NCBI GenBank assembly: GCA_047638395.1
Contig: JBLIMV010000002.1
Span: 162,787-226,786, forward strand
From: Paracoccaceae bacterium
GTDB taxonomy: Bacteria; Pseudomonadota; Alphaproteobacteria; MPNO01; UBA830
Reading direction: 5' to 3'
DNA: 64,000 nt
The notes under the pieces were generated by a model. That model worked only from the letters and a program-made list of their open reading frames with translations, searched no databases and was not told the origin of the DNA. The position numbers and the translations under genes are program-made. Numbering within the stretch: position 1 is the stretch's first letter; each line of letters opens with the position of its first letter. Shown in pieces: positions 50,401 through 58,276 of the stretch.

Positions 50401-53400
50401 ATTTCACGCTGAGCAATGCCCTCAATACATCAAACAACACGCTGACGATCACGGCCAATGACGTCGTGCTGTCCAACACGATCAATACCGGCACGGCCGC
50501 CACGACAATCCTGATCTCCGACGGCGGAACCATCGGGCTGGGCGCGACAGCGGGTGGCATGACGATTTCCGGCGCCGAGCTGCAAAACATCACCGCGACC
50601 GGGCTGACCGTCGGGGATGCCACCAGCGGCAACATCACGGTCAACGGGATCACGGCGGCAAACAGCAACAATATCTCGGGTACGGTCACGCTGAATGCGA
50701 CACAGGACAACGCGACCCTCTCGTTTTCGGGCGCCGCCTCGACATTCAACGCCATTGCCGCGAATGCGGATGACGGGATCAGTATCAGTCAGAATATCTC
50801 AACCGATGTCGGCGGTCTCGCGCTCGACGGCGATGCCGACAACGCGGCGGATATCAACGACAATCTCACGTTCTCCGCCGGGGTGACACTGAGCAGTTTC
50901 GGAAATATCACGCTTGATGCGACGATCGGGAATATGTCCGGCGCTGGCGCGCTTACACTGAATGCGCGCAGCGGGTTGACCTTCAATGACAGCCTGGCGA
51001 CCGCCGGGGCAACAGCGTTGAACGCCGACACCAACAATAACGGCAGTAGTATGCTGACCCTCGCCGCAGGCGCTGCACTCGCCACCGGCGGCAACACCCT
51101 GTCGATAACGGCAAGTGACATAAACGTCTTGGGCACGATCACCAGCGGGGCTGCAGCAACCACAATCCTGGTATCCGCGGGCGGCAGCATCGGGCTTGGC
51201 GCCACGGCCGGCAGCATGACCATCGACGGGACCGAGCTGCAGAACATCACGGCGAACGGCCTCACCATCGGCGACACGTCCGCCGGGAATATAACCGTCA
51301 ACGGCATCACAGCAGCCAACAGCAACAACATTACCGGTACGACGTCGCTTGTAGCAGGCAGCAATGGCGCAGCAGTCACCTTTGCCACGGCGGCCTCCAC
51401 GTTCAATGCGCTAACGGCCAGCGGTGACAATCGCGTTATCGTCAATGTCGCCATCACCACGGATGCGGGCGACCTGGACCTGAACGGCGACCTCGACAAC
51501 GCTGCCGATACCAACGACGACATCGCCATAGCTGCAGGCCTGACCCTGACCTCCGCCGGGTCGATCAAACTGGCGGCGACGAACACGGGCATATCGGCAA
51601 GTGGTGCGCTCACGCTGAATGCACAGAGCGGTGTGACGCTGAATGACAGCCTGGTTGTCGGAGGTGCCGCGGTCATCGATACCGATACGGACAATAACGG
51701 GATCGGCGATTTCACGATCAACGCATCGCGCACACTGACGACGAACAACAACACGTTGACGATCACGGCAAACGACCTGGCCCTTTCGGGTGCATTGAAC
51801 AGCGGATCTGCGGCGACCACGGTCCTGACATCCGACGGTGCATCGATTGGCCTTGGCGCAACAGCCGGGGGCATGACAATCGATGGTGCCGAGCTTCAGA
51901 ACATCACAGCGACAGGCCTGACCATTGGAGATTCGACAACCGGAGGCATCACGGTCGACGGGATTACCGCGGCCAATAGCAACAATATCACGGGGACCGT
52001 CACGCTGAACGCGGCGGCCGACAATGCCACCGCATCGTTCGTGACAACGGCATCGACTTTCAATGCGCTCGACGTCAATGCGGATGACCGGATCTCGGTC
52101 AACGTCAACATCACAACCGACATCGGAGATCTCGCGCTGGATGGCAACGTGGATAACGCCGCAGATGTGAACGATGATATTGCGTTTGCTGCAGGTGTCA
52201 CGCTGTCTTCCGCTGGATCTCTCACCCTCGATGCCACGACCGGGAACATGACAAGTGCCGGGGGGCTGACCCTGAACGCCAATAACAGCGTTACCCTGAA
52301 TGATACCCTGACGACGGCCGGCGCGACGGTTATCGACGCCGATGACGACACGAACGGTAGTGGTACCTTCATCGTCGTTGCATCAAAAACGGTGAATTCC
52401 ACCAATAACTCCCTCCAGATCGTTGCGAACAAAATCGACCTTGCCGGGGAGCTGAACAGCGGCACCCAGTCAACCACGTTGACGGCAACGAACGGCGCCG
52501 CCATCGACCTCGGGTCCGCAACCGACATCGCTGCCAATACGTTCGAACTCTCGAACAGCGAACTCCAATCCATCACGGCGGCAAATCTGACAATCGGCGA
52601 TGGGACGGCCGGCGCGATCACGGTATCCGCTGACGTAACGCCCGGTAACGCCGCGGGCGCCAACGTCATCACACTCAATCTTGTCACGGGTTCGACAATG
52701 ACCGCCTCGGCCGGCGCCATAATAGAGACGAACCTGTCGGTCGTGGCCGCCGGTGCTGTCACATTCAGTGCCGCAACCACGGATACCGACGTAATCGCCA
52801 TCGATACCTCCACCGGGGATATCGCCTATACAGATATCGACGGGTTCACAGTCGACACCGTTGGCGCTGTCACCGGTGTCGACACGGCGGCTGGCGCAAT
52901 CACGCTCATCGCGACGACCGGCAATATCATTGTGGCCAATACCGCAGCCGCCAACGATATCGGCGCGACGGGCCTCATCACGCTCAAGGCATCCGCAGAC
53001 AACGCGGCAATCAATATACTGACGGGCGCAGACACTGAATCTACGGGCGGCGCGCACAGCTACACCGCCGACGACATCGAAATAAGCGGAACGATCACGG
53101 CAACCGGACAGGACGTTACGCTGGCTTCAAGCACAGCCGGCGACGCCATCGATGTGGGCGACCCCGGCGGCGGGGGCGACAACGTGGCAAATACGCTGGA
53201 ACTTGCGGGCGCCGAGCTACAGAACATTACGGCGACCAACCTGAATATTGGTGGCGCTGCCGCCGGCAATATGACGATCGAGGGCATTTCTGCCGCCAAC
53301 AGCAATAACATCTCGGGTCTGGTAACGCTTACCGCCAACGGAAACGGGTCGACGGTGACATTCCAGAACGCGGCGTCGACGTTCAACGCGCTGAGTGCTC

Positions 53401-54668
53401 ATGCCGACGACCGGCTGGCCGTGGACATCGATGTCACGACCGACGTCGGTAATATGACCCTGGACGCCGATTCCGATGATGCTGCCGATACCAATGACGA
53501 CCTGGTATTTGCCGCAGGTGTGACAATAACGTCGGCAGGCTCCTTGACGCTTGCCGCCACGACAGGCGGAATCACCGGCACCGGTGCATTGACGCTGGAT
53601 GCTCAAAACGGGCTCTCGGTCGGCAATGCCTATACCGGTTCCGGGAATGCCGCATTCAACGCCGATAGCGACGGGAACAGCGCGGGTAACTTCACTGCGA
53701 CAACGATGGCTCTCGGTGCCAACACCCTGAATGTTACGGGTGCGTCGGTAAATACCGGGACCAGTCTCGCGGCGGGGACCACGACGCTGAACGGTGCCGT
53801 CACCGGATCCGGCCTGACTGTCACGGCTCTTACCCTCACCGGCGCCAGCGCGACATTGACCGGCACAACCATTGGCGGGCAGTCAGGAAACGATGCTGCT
53901 GCAGCGGCGACGATGCCCGACGCCGCGACCCACACCATCAATGGCTGTCAGAACACCCGTTGTGTTGTCGCGGTTGTCACGCCAACGCCGCCGCCCGACC
54001 TGGACAATGTGCAGGTCGATACAGGCGGCACAGGCGGCATCGGTACAGGTGGTACAGGCGGCAGTTCGGGCGGAACGGACACTGGCGGTAGCACCGATAG
54101 CGATACGTCGGGCGGCGACACTGGCGGTTCAGAGACCGGCGACACGAGCGGCGGAGACACTTCGGGCGGAGACAGCTCTGACGGCGGCGGATCTACCACC
54201 AATGACAATAGTGGCGGCGGCACATCCGGCGGAGACACCTCATCCCCCAATGGGAGTTCCGACGACGTTGCCGGCGGAGACAGCAATGTCGGAGACAGCG
54301 GCGGCGGATGGAGCGACGGGTCGTTCAATGCCGCATCCGGCGATGTGCTGTTGACCGGATCGGTCGGCAATTTTGAGGTGTTCTTCGAAGCGCTCAAGGA
54401 AGATGGCGCAAGTACCCTGGAATTGCTGGAGGCATCGGAAAATCTCGAAAACACCGAGCTCGCATCGCTTGTAAAAGCGCTGGGCGACATTCTGGGTGAA
54501 TATGAATTCGTCTCGACATCGATCCCGACGAACGCATTTGACGACAAGGCGACAACCCTGCTGCCCGGCCTTCTCACGTTCGATCCCGCCGCGACTGGCA
54601 ACGATACCGCCACCTCCCCCGCATCGCGCAAATATCAACCGCCGAGCTTCGGCCGGTTCCAGTTCTAA
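47499..54668 (+). CDS. large TpsA exoprotein (filamentous-hemagglutinin N-terminal TPS domain, 2389 aa, beta-helical repeats)
   Basis: TPS/haemagg_act domain (NPQGG...IDWRSFSI...QFHQPSA...ALNRVTG...INPNGIMFG). TTG start as given by the ORF track; GTG 47520 is an alternative. Confidence 0.8.
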   Translation: MFAQDLSVVESSKYSRARSGRGKRHRHSSGWRRLSNAGELCLRLVLGAALTGSLPIQVFANPQGGAVTEGSATIQQSGNRVDVHQATDRAVIDWRSFSIAPGEITQFHQPSAGSIALNRVTGADPSRIFGTLRANGRVFLINPNGIMFGAGSRVDVSGLVATTSNIRNEDFMAGRMEFSIPSLNPQASVVNEGDISIADAGYAALVAPHVRNSGVINARLGRVTLGAADAFAIDLYGDDLVTFRVGVGRTPVDADGNPVDSLIDNQGSILAGGGIVRLATHNVEAVVRNVINTDGVIYANTIERRDGKIILGAAGKGAISAKGELSATGGSIEIAGNEDISLSGTRIAATDVAINADADKSGAGDLNAGTSGGDAILTDIDIDTAAGNDEGGRVVITGDRVAILGASTIDASGEAGGGEILIGGDFQGNGVTRNADATIVGEDVRLKADALEFGNGGRVILWADGFTRFHGAISAIAGLTAGDGGFTEVSGKQNLDFQGSVDVTAAAGEIGTLLLDPVDIIVSADNTDGATGTGLGSILFADAPGLNPWNVSPAALDAVSGNILLQATNDITISNDINLTTLGATFTATANNDIIVNAGVTTNNAAITLTADDDGSGVGELTIAASQTVTSGNNAVNISANDVAFTGGIDSGTGTTTILISDGGTIKLGGTPSGNMTISGSELQNITAANLIIGDATNGNIEVKNVSAAESNNVGTVTLNATKAGATVDMSTGGGNVFNALVINADAAVATKILTTDTGGLTINSGNGVTISDNVTSAGATVIDADTDNNGTGTFTVTSTFALNTAGNSLSITADDINIAGTINTGAAATTILISDAGTIGFGNSARNMTISGAELQNITATGLTIGDATNGDITVDGISAANSNNITGTVTLNATNAAASISISNAGSTFNALTANAANTITGNIPLVTDTGALTLTAGAGITFNDTVTTAGAAVFDADSDNNGTGDFTLSNALNTSNNTLTITANDVVLSNTINTGTAATTILISDGGTIGLGATAGGMTISGAELQNITATGLTVGDATSGNITVNGITAANSNNISGTVTLNATQDNATLSFSGAASTFNAIAANADDGISISQNISTDVGGLALDGDADNAADINDNLTFSAGVTLSSFGNITLDATIGNMSGAGALTLNARSGLTFNDSLATAGATALNADTNNNGSSMLTLAAGAALATGGNTLSITASDINVLGTITSGAAATTILVSAGGSIGLGATAGSMTIDGTELQNITANGLTIGDTSAGNITVNGITAANSNNITGTTSLVAGSNGAAVTFATAASTFNALTASGDNRVIVNVAITTDAGDLDLNGDLDNAADTNDDIAIAAGLTLTSAGSIKLAATNTGISASGALTLNAQSGVTLNDSLVVGGAAVIDTDTDNNGIGDFTINASRTLTTNNNTLTITANDLALSGALNSGSAATTVLTSDGASIGLGATAGGMTIDGAELQNITATGLTIGDSTTGGITVDGITAANSNNITGTVTLNAAADNATASFVTTASTFNALDVNADDRISVNVNITTDIGDLALDGNVDNAADVNDDIAFAAGVTLSSAGSLTLDATTGNMTSAGGLTLNANNSVTLNDTLTTAGATVIDADDDTNGSGTFIVVASKTVNSTNNSLQIVANKIDLAGELNSGTQSTTLTATNGAAIDLGSATDIAANTFELSNSELQSITAANLTIGDGTAGAITVSADVTPGNAAGANVITLNLVTGSTMTASAGAIIETNLSVVAAGAVTFSAATTDTDVIAIDTSTGDIAYTDIDGFTVDTVGAVTGVDTAAGAITLIATTGNIIVANTAAANDIGATGLITLKASADNAAINILTGADTESTGGAHSYTADDIEISGTITATGQDVTLASSTAGDAIDVGDPGGGGDNVANTLELAGAELQNITATNLNIGGAAAGNMTIEGISAANSNNISGLVTLTANGNGSTVTFQNAASTFNALSAHADDRLAVDIDVTTDVGNMTLDADSDDAADTNDDLVFAAGVTITSAGSLTLAATTGGITGTGALTLDAQNGLSVGNAYTGSGNAAFNADSDGNSAGNFTATTMALGANTLNVTGASVNTGTSLAAGTTTLNGAVTGSGLTVTALTLTGASATLTGTTIGGQSGNDAAAAATMPDAATHTINGCQNTRCVVAVVTPTPPPDLDNVQVDTGGTGGIGTGGTGGSSGGTDTGGSTDSDTSGGDTGGSETGDTSGGDTSGGDSSDGGGSTTNDNSGGGTSGGDTSSPNGSSDDVAGGDSNVGDSGGGWSDGSFNAASGDVLLTGSVGNFEVFFEALKEDGASTLELLEASENLENTELASLVKALGDILGEYEFVSTSIPTNAFDDKATTLLPGLLTFDPAATGNDTATSPASRKYQPPSFGRFQF
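49440..53640 (+). repeat. about seven tandem coding repeats (510-680 bp each) within the TpsA gene
   Basis: Recurring ...TTILISDGGTIGLG...MTISGAELQNITATGLTIGD..GNITV.GI.AANSNNITGTVTLNAT...STFNAL... blocks. Confidence 0.7.
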
Positions 54669-54677
54669 GGTGATGAG

Positions 54678-57254
54678 ATGACCAGAAACCGCAACGGGCT
54701 CAACCCGTTCGCCTCACTCCTGTTTATCGGCTGTATCGGGCTATGGACGCCTTCGGTCGCCAATGACAAGCGCCAAGCCGCCCCGCCCGCAGCCAACCCC
54801 GCAGCGGACAAGGCCGATTATCGCACGCTCCTTGACGACGGCATCAGGAATAACAGTCTCGGCCGTCACGGCGTCGCCGAAAAATCTTTTCGGGCCGCGC
54901 TGCTGCAATGCCAAAGCCTGCCTTCCGCGGAATGTGGCGATATTACCCTGCGGCTTGCCCTGGAGCTCAGCAATCAGGAAAGATTCGAGGAAGCCGACCT
55001 GCATTTCGCGCGGCTTGAGAAGACGATCCGGGCGTCTACAATCAGCCTTGGCCTGCCACGATATCTGACCTATCGCGCGATGGATTATACGAACCGGCGG
55101 GATTTTCCCGAAGCGATGAAATTTATCTCGGACGCCAATCAGAAGCGCAAAGCACTGCTCAAAACCGCCTTTGAGAATGCGCGTTCGGCAGATCCGGCGG
55201 CGAAGCAACAGCTCGACCGCACGATGATCGAGCTCGCACACGGCCTGTATGTCCAGGCCAGCATCAGCTTCAAAATGGGCAAGACCGCAGACGCAAAGGT
55301 GACGGCACATCTGGTGCGCGCACTTGTCAGCAAGATAAAGAACATCCCCGATTGGTGGATCGCGTTTGCGGACGCGTTGCTCGCAGACATAGAGCTGCGC
55401 GACGGAAATATCGAAGCTGCTGAAAAACGATTGCGGAGCGCCCTTAAAGCGAAGCAGGTAGCGCTTGGCAACACACGGGCAGTGGCGCTTTCCTATATGG
55501 CGCTCGGCGCAATCTTTCACGGATCGAAGCGCGATAAAGACGCCATTGATACATCGCGTCCCGGGCTTTCAATTCTGCGTGGCGAACTGCGCCAGGCGCC
55601 CGGAATAAGCATCGAACGCCTCGAGCCTTTTCTCGAAGCGTCGCTCAAGATAGCGGAACAAAATCCCGGGCGACGGGCAGAACTCCATGGCGAGATGTTT
55701 GCCGCAGCCCAACTTGCGCGCACATCCCAGACCGCCCGCACCGTCGGACAGATGGCAGCGCGCTTTGCAACCGGGCGGCCCGAGATTGCCGAAATGGTCC
55801 GCCGCCTTCAGGTTCAGACGCAGCTGCGGGACGAGCTTCGTATCACGCTCGGCCGCTCAATGATCGCGTCTGCCGGCAAGGCCAATTCGCGCGGGATTAA
55901 CAAGCTCAAAGCGTCCTATTCAAAGGCCGCAACCAGCGTCGGCACGTTGTCGAAAAAAATCGAGACGCTGTTTCCCAGTTACTCCGAACTGGTGAGCCCG
56001 ACCCCGTCCAGCGCCGAGGCTGTCCAGGCAACGCTCAAAGCCGATGAAGCCCTGGTCTATTTTGTGTTCGGCGACACCAGCGGTTACGTGTTTGCCGTCC
56101 GGCCCGACGGGATAACAGCAGCCCGCGTGAATATCCGCCGCTCTGAAATAGGCGGCCTGATACGCCAATTGAGAAAACCCTTCGAGAAAACGGGTGCGCG
56201 CATCGCCCCCTATGACCTTCCAGCGGCATACGATGTGTATCGCAAGCTGCTGGACCCTGTTGAGCAGGCTCTTTCGGGCGCGAAACATCTTATCATTGTA
56301 TCGTCAGGCGAACTCTTGAGCCTGCCGTTTCCGCTGCTGGTCTCGCGACCGCCTGCTGATGGCCCGGACCGGTACCGCTCGGCAGACTGGCTGATCCGGC
56401 GATACGCCTTCACCCAGATGCCCTCGGTGCGCACCTTCACCACGTTCAGGCAAACAGTCCGGCCGTCGGCGGCACCCAATCCATTTATCGGTTTCGGCAA
56501 TCCTGCTTTCGAGGGGAAAGCATCGACAGCGGGGATCGCAGCCCTGTCTCAGCACTGTCAGTTGGAGGCTTCGCTCCCGCCGGGTCTGCTCCGCGGCCTT
56601 GCACCGCTGCCTGACACCGCCGTCGAATTGACCCGCGTCGCCGCAACTCTGAAGGCCGGGCAAGAAAATGTGATCCTCGGGGCCGACGTCACCGAACAAC
56701 GTTTACGCAGCCTGCCGCTGGATCAGTACCGGGTTGTCTATTTCGCGACGCATGGATTGCTGCCGGGAGAACTGCGGTGCCAATCGCAACCTGCCCTCGC
56801 GCTGTCCCCCGCGACGCAGATCTCGCCAACCCGAACGGAGGACGGCCTGCTGGAGGCAAGCGAGATTGCGGGTCTGAAGCTCGATGCCGATCTCGTCGTC
56901 CTATCGGCATGCAATACCGGCGGCGGCGGCAGCGGGAAACTGGGCGGCGAATCCCTGTCGGGTCTCGCCCGCGCTTTCTTTCAGGCGGGGACGCGCTCGG
57001 TACTTGTTTCGCACTGGCAGGTCGACAGTGTTGCCACGACGCGCCTGATGACCCGGACATTCGGACATATCGGCAAGGCGGATCGGCGCCATACCGCGCA
57101 AGCGCTTCAACGGGCCCAGCTCGACCTGCTGCGGAACACCGAAACCGCGCACCCCTATTTCTGGGCCGCCTTTACGCTGGTTGGCGAAGGACGGGACCTG
57201 AAGACTGACCCGCGTTCTCCGCCGCAGAAGCAAATCGGCATGTCCTCCGAATAG
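54678..57254 (+). CDS. exported TPR-repeat + CHAT-domain (caspase-like) protease
   Basis: N-terminal signal/lipoprotein-like peptide (LLFIGC). TPR-like helical N-terminal half. C-terminal CHAT His/Cys dyad context (VVYFATHG ... VLSACNTGGGG). Confidence 0.7.
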   Translation: MTRNRNGLNPFASLLFIGCIGLWTPSVANDKRQAAPPAANPAADKADYRTLLDDGIRNNSLGRHGVAEKSFRAALLQCQSLPSAECGDITLRLALELSNQERFEEADLHFARLEKTIRASTISLGLPRYLTYRAMDYTNRRDFPEAMKFISDANQKRKALLKTAFENARSADPAAKQQLDRTMIELAHGLYVQASISFKMGKTADAKVTAHLVRALVSKIKNIPDWWIAFADALLADIELRDGNIEAAEKRLRSALKAKQVALGNTRAVALSYMALGAIFHGSKRDKDAIDTSRPGLSILRGELRQAPGISIERLEPFLEASLKIAEQNPGRRAELHGEMFAAAQLARTSQTARTVGQMAARFATGRPEIAEMVRRLQVQTQLRDELRITLGRSMIASAGKANSRGINKLKASYSKAATSVGTLSKKIETLFPSYSELVSPTPSSAEAVQATLKADEALVYFVFGDTSGYVFAVRPDGITAARVNIRRSEIGGLIRQLRKPFEKTGARIAPYDLPAAYDVYRKLLDPVEQALSGAKHLIIVSSGELLSLPFPLLVSRPPADGPDRYRSADWLIRRYAFTQMPSVRTFTTFRQTVRPSAAPNPFIGFGNPAFEGKASTAGIAALSQHCQLEASLPPGLLRGLAPLPDTAVELTRVAATLKAGQENVILGADVTEQRLRSLPLDQYRVVYFATHGLLPGELRCQSQPALALSPATQISPTRTEDGLLEASEIAGLKLDADLVVLSACNTGGGGSGKLGGESLSGLARAFFQAGTRSVLVSHWQVDSVATTRLMTRTFGHIGKADRRHTAQALQRAQLDLLRNTETAHPYFWAAFTLVGEGRDLKTDPRSPPQKQIGMSSE

Positions 57255-57417
57255 GCCAGCGAATTGCGCCGTAATCCCTGAATTCAGCGCTTTGTGGTTA
57301 ACCGCCCTTAACCATTTCGCTTCAGGAACGCTTAAGACCTGTTGCTTATGGTTTCGTCATAACCTGCTCAACCGGGCCAACCGGTGGGCCACATAAGACC
57401 AACAAAGGAGCGATGAG

Positions 57418-58146
57418 ATGAAGCGGATGATCCAGACCAGTATGGCAGCGATGCTGCTCGCGACGACGGCCTTTTCGGCACACGCCAAACAGGGCGCCTA
57501 TGAAATGGTGGTTCTCCACGTAGAGGGAACCGCGCTGAAACGTGGCGCTGTTATCGATGGAAACCAGACACTGACGCTTAAGAGCGGGGCCAAGGTCACG
57601 CTGGTGGGCGCAGATGGAAAGACCGTAACCGTTCAGGGTCCGTCGTCGGGCAAACCGGCCGGACGTGGCAGCAACGGCGCGAAATCCTCCGGCAAGGTTG
57701 CGGCTATTCTCGGCGCATTGCTGTCCAACGAAGAGCGCTCTACCCGCGCCCTCGGGGTTGTCCGCTCCGCCAGTGCGACCGGCTCGGAAACATTGCCCGA
57801 CGCATGGGCCGTGAACGTGGGACAGTCCGGCACGAAATGTGTGACTGCAGATGTCGTCAAATTATGGCGCCCGGATGCAACCGGTGCCGCAAAACTGCAA
57901 ATTCGCAAGGCACAGAGCGCTCACAGCGCCAAGGCAGATTGGCCTGCCGGTCAGGCGTTCCTGCCGATAAACGCGAAGACTTTTCAGTCCGGTCAGAACT
58001 ATATCATCAGCGTGAATGGACGTAGTTCTGAAATGAAGTTCAACGTCATGCCGGCTGGACTGAACAATCCGACCGAGCAGGCTGCATGGATGGCTCGCCA
58101 CAATTGCCGGGACCAGGCGCTCGCCATGGTCGACGGTATTCGGTAG
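57418..58146 (+). CDS. secreted hypothetical protein
   Basis: Signal peptide MKRMIQTSMAAMLLATTAFSAHA. AGGAG RBS. No recognisable domain. Confidence 0.5.
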   Translation: MKRMIQTSMAAMLLATTAFSAHAKQGAYEMVVLHVEGTALKRGAVIDGNQTLTLKSGAKVTLVGADGKTVTVQGPSSGKPAGRGSNGAKSSGKVAAILGALLSNEERSTRALGVVRSASATGSETLPDAWAVNVGQSGTKCVTADVVKLWRPDATGAAKLQIRKAQSAHSAKADWPAGQAFLPINAKTFQSGQNYIISVNGRSSEMKFNVMPAGLNNPTEQAAWMARHNCRDQALAMVDGIR

Positions 58147-58225
58147 ATGCATTGAGGCGGACCGACACCCATATTTCTGGATGGTCAGCGTCGCCGCCGA
58201 ACAATTCCGACAATCTACAAGCAAT

Positions 58226-58256
58226 CTCAGGGCGGGATCTTTTCTCCCGCCCTGAG
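58226..58256 (+). terminator. stem-loop (probable terminator) after the secreted-protein gene
   Basis: 12-bp perfect stem CTCAGGGCGGGA-tcttttc-TCCCGCCCTGAG. Weak U-tract. Confidence 0.4.
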
Positions 58257-58276
58257 GTATTTCCGGTGACGCCGTA

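Noticed and set aside
47507-54631. Many 60-360-aa ORFs on the minus strand and in alternate frames inside the TpsA gene
   Set aside because: The repetitive Gly/Thr/Ala-rich coding DNA produces long stop-free antisense frames. The TPS domain and periodic repeats are present only in the +1 frame.
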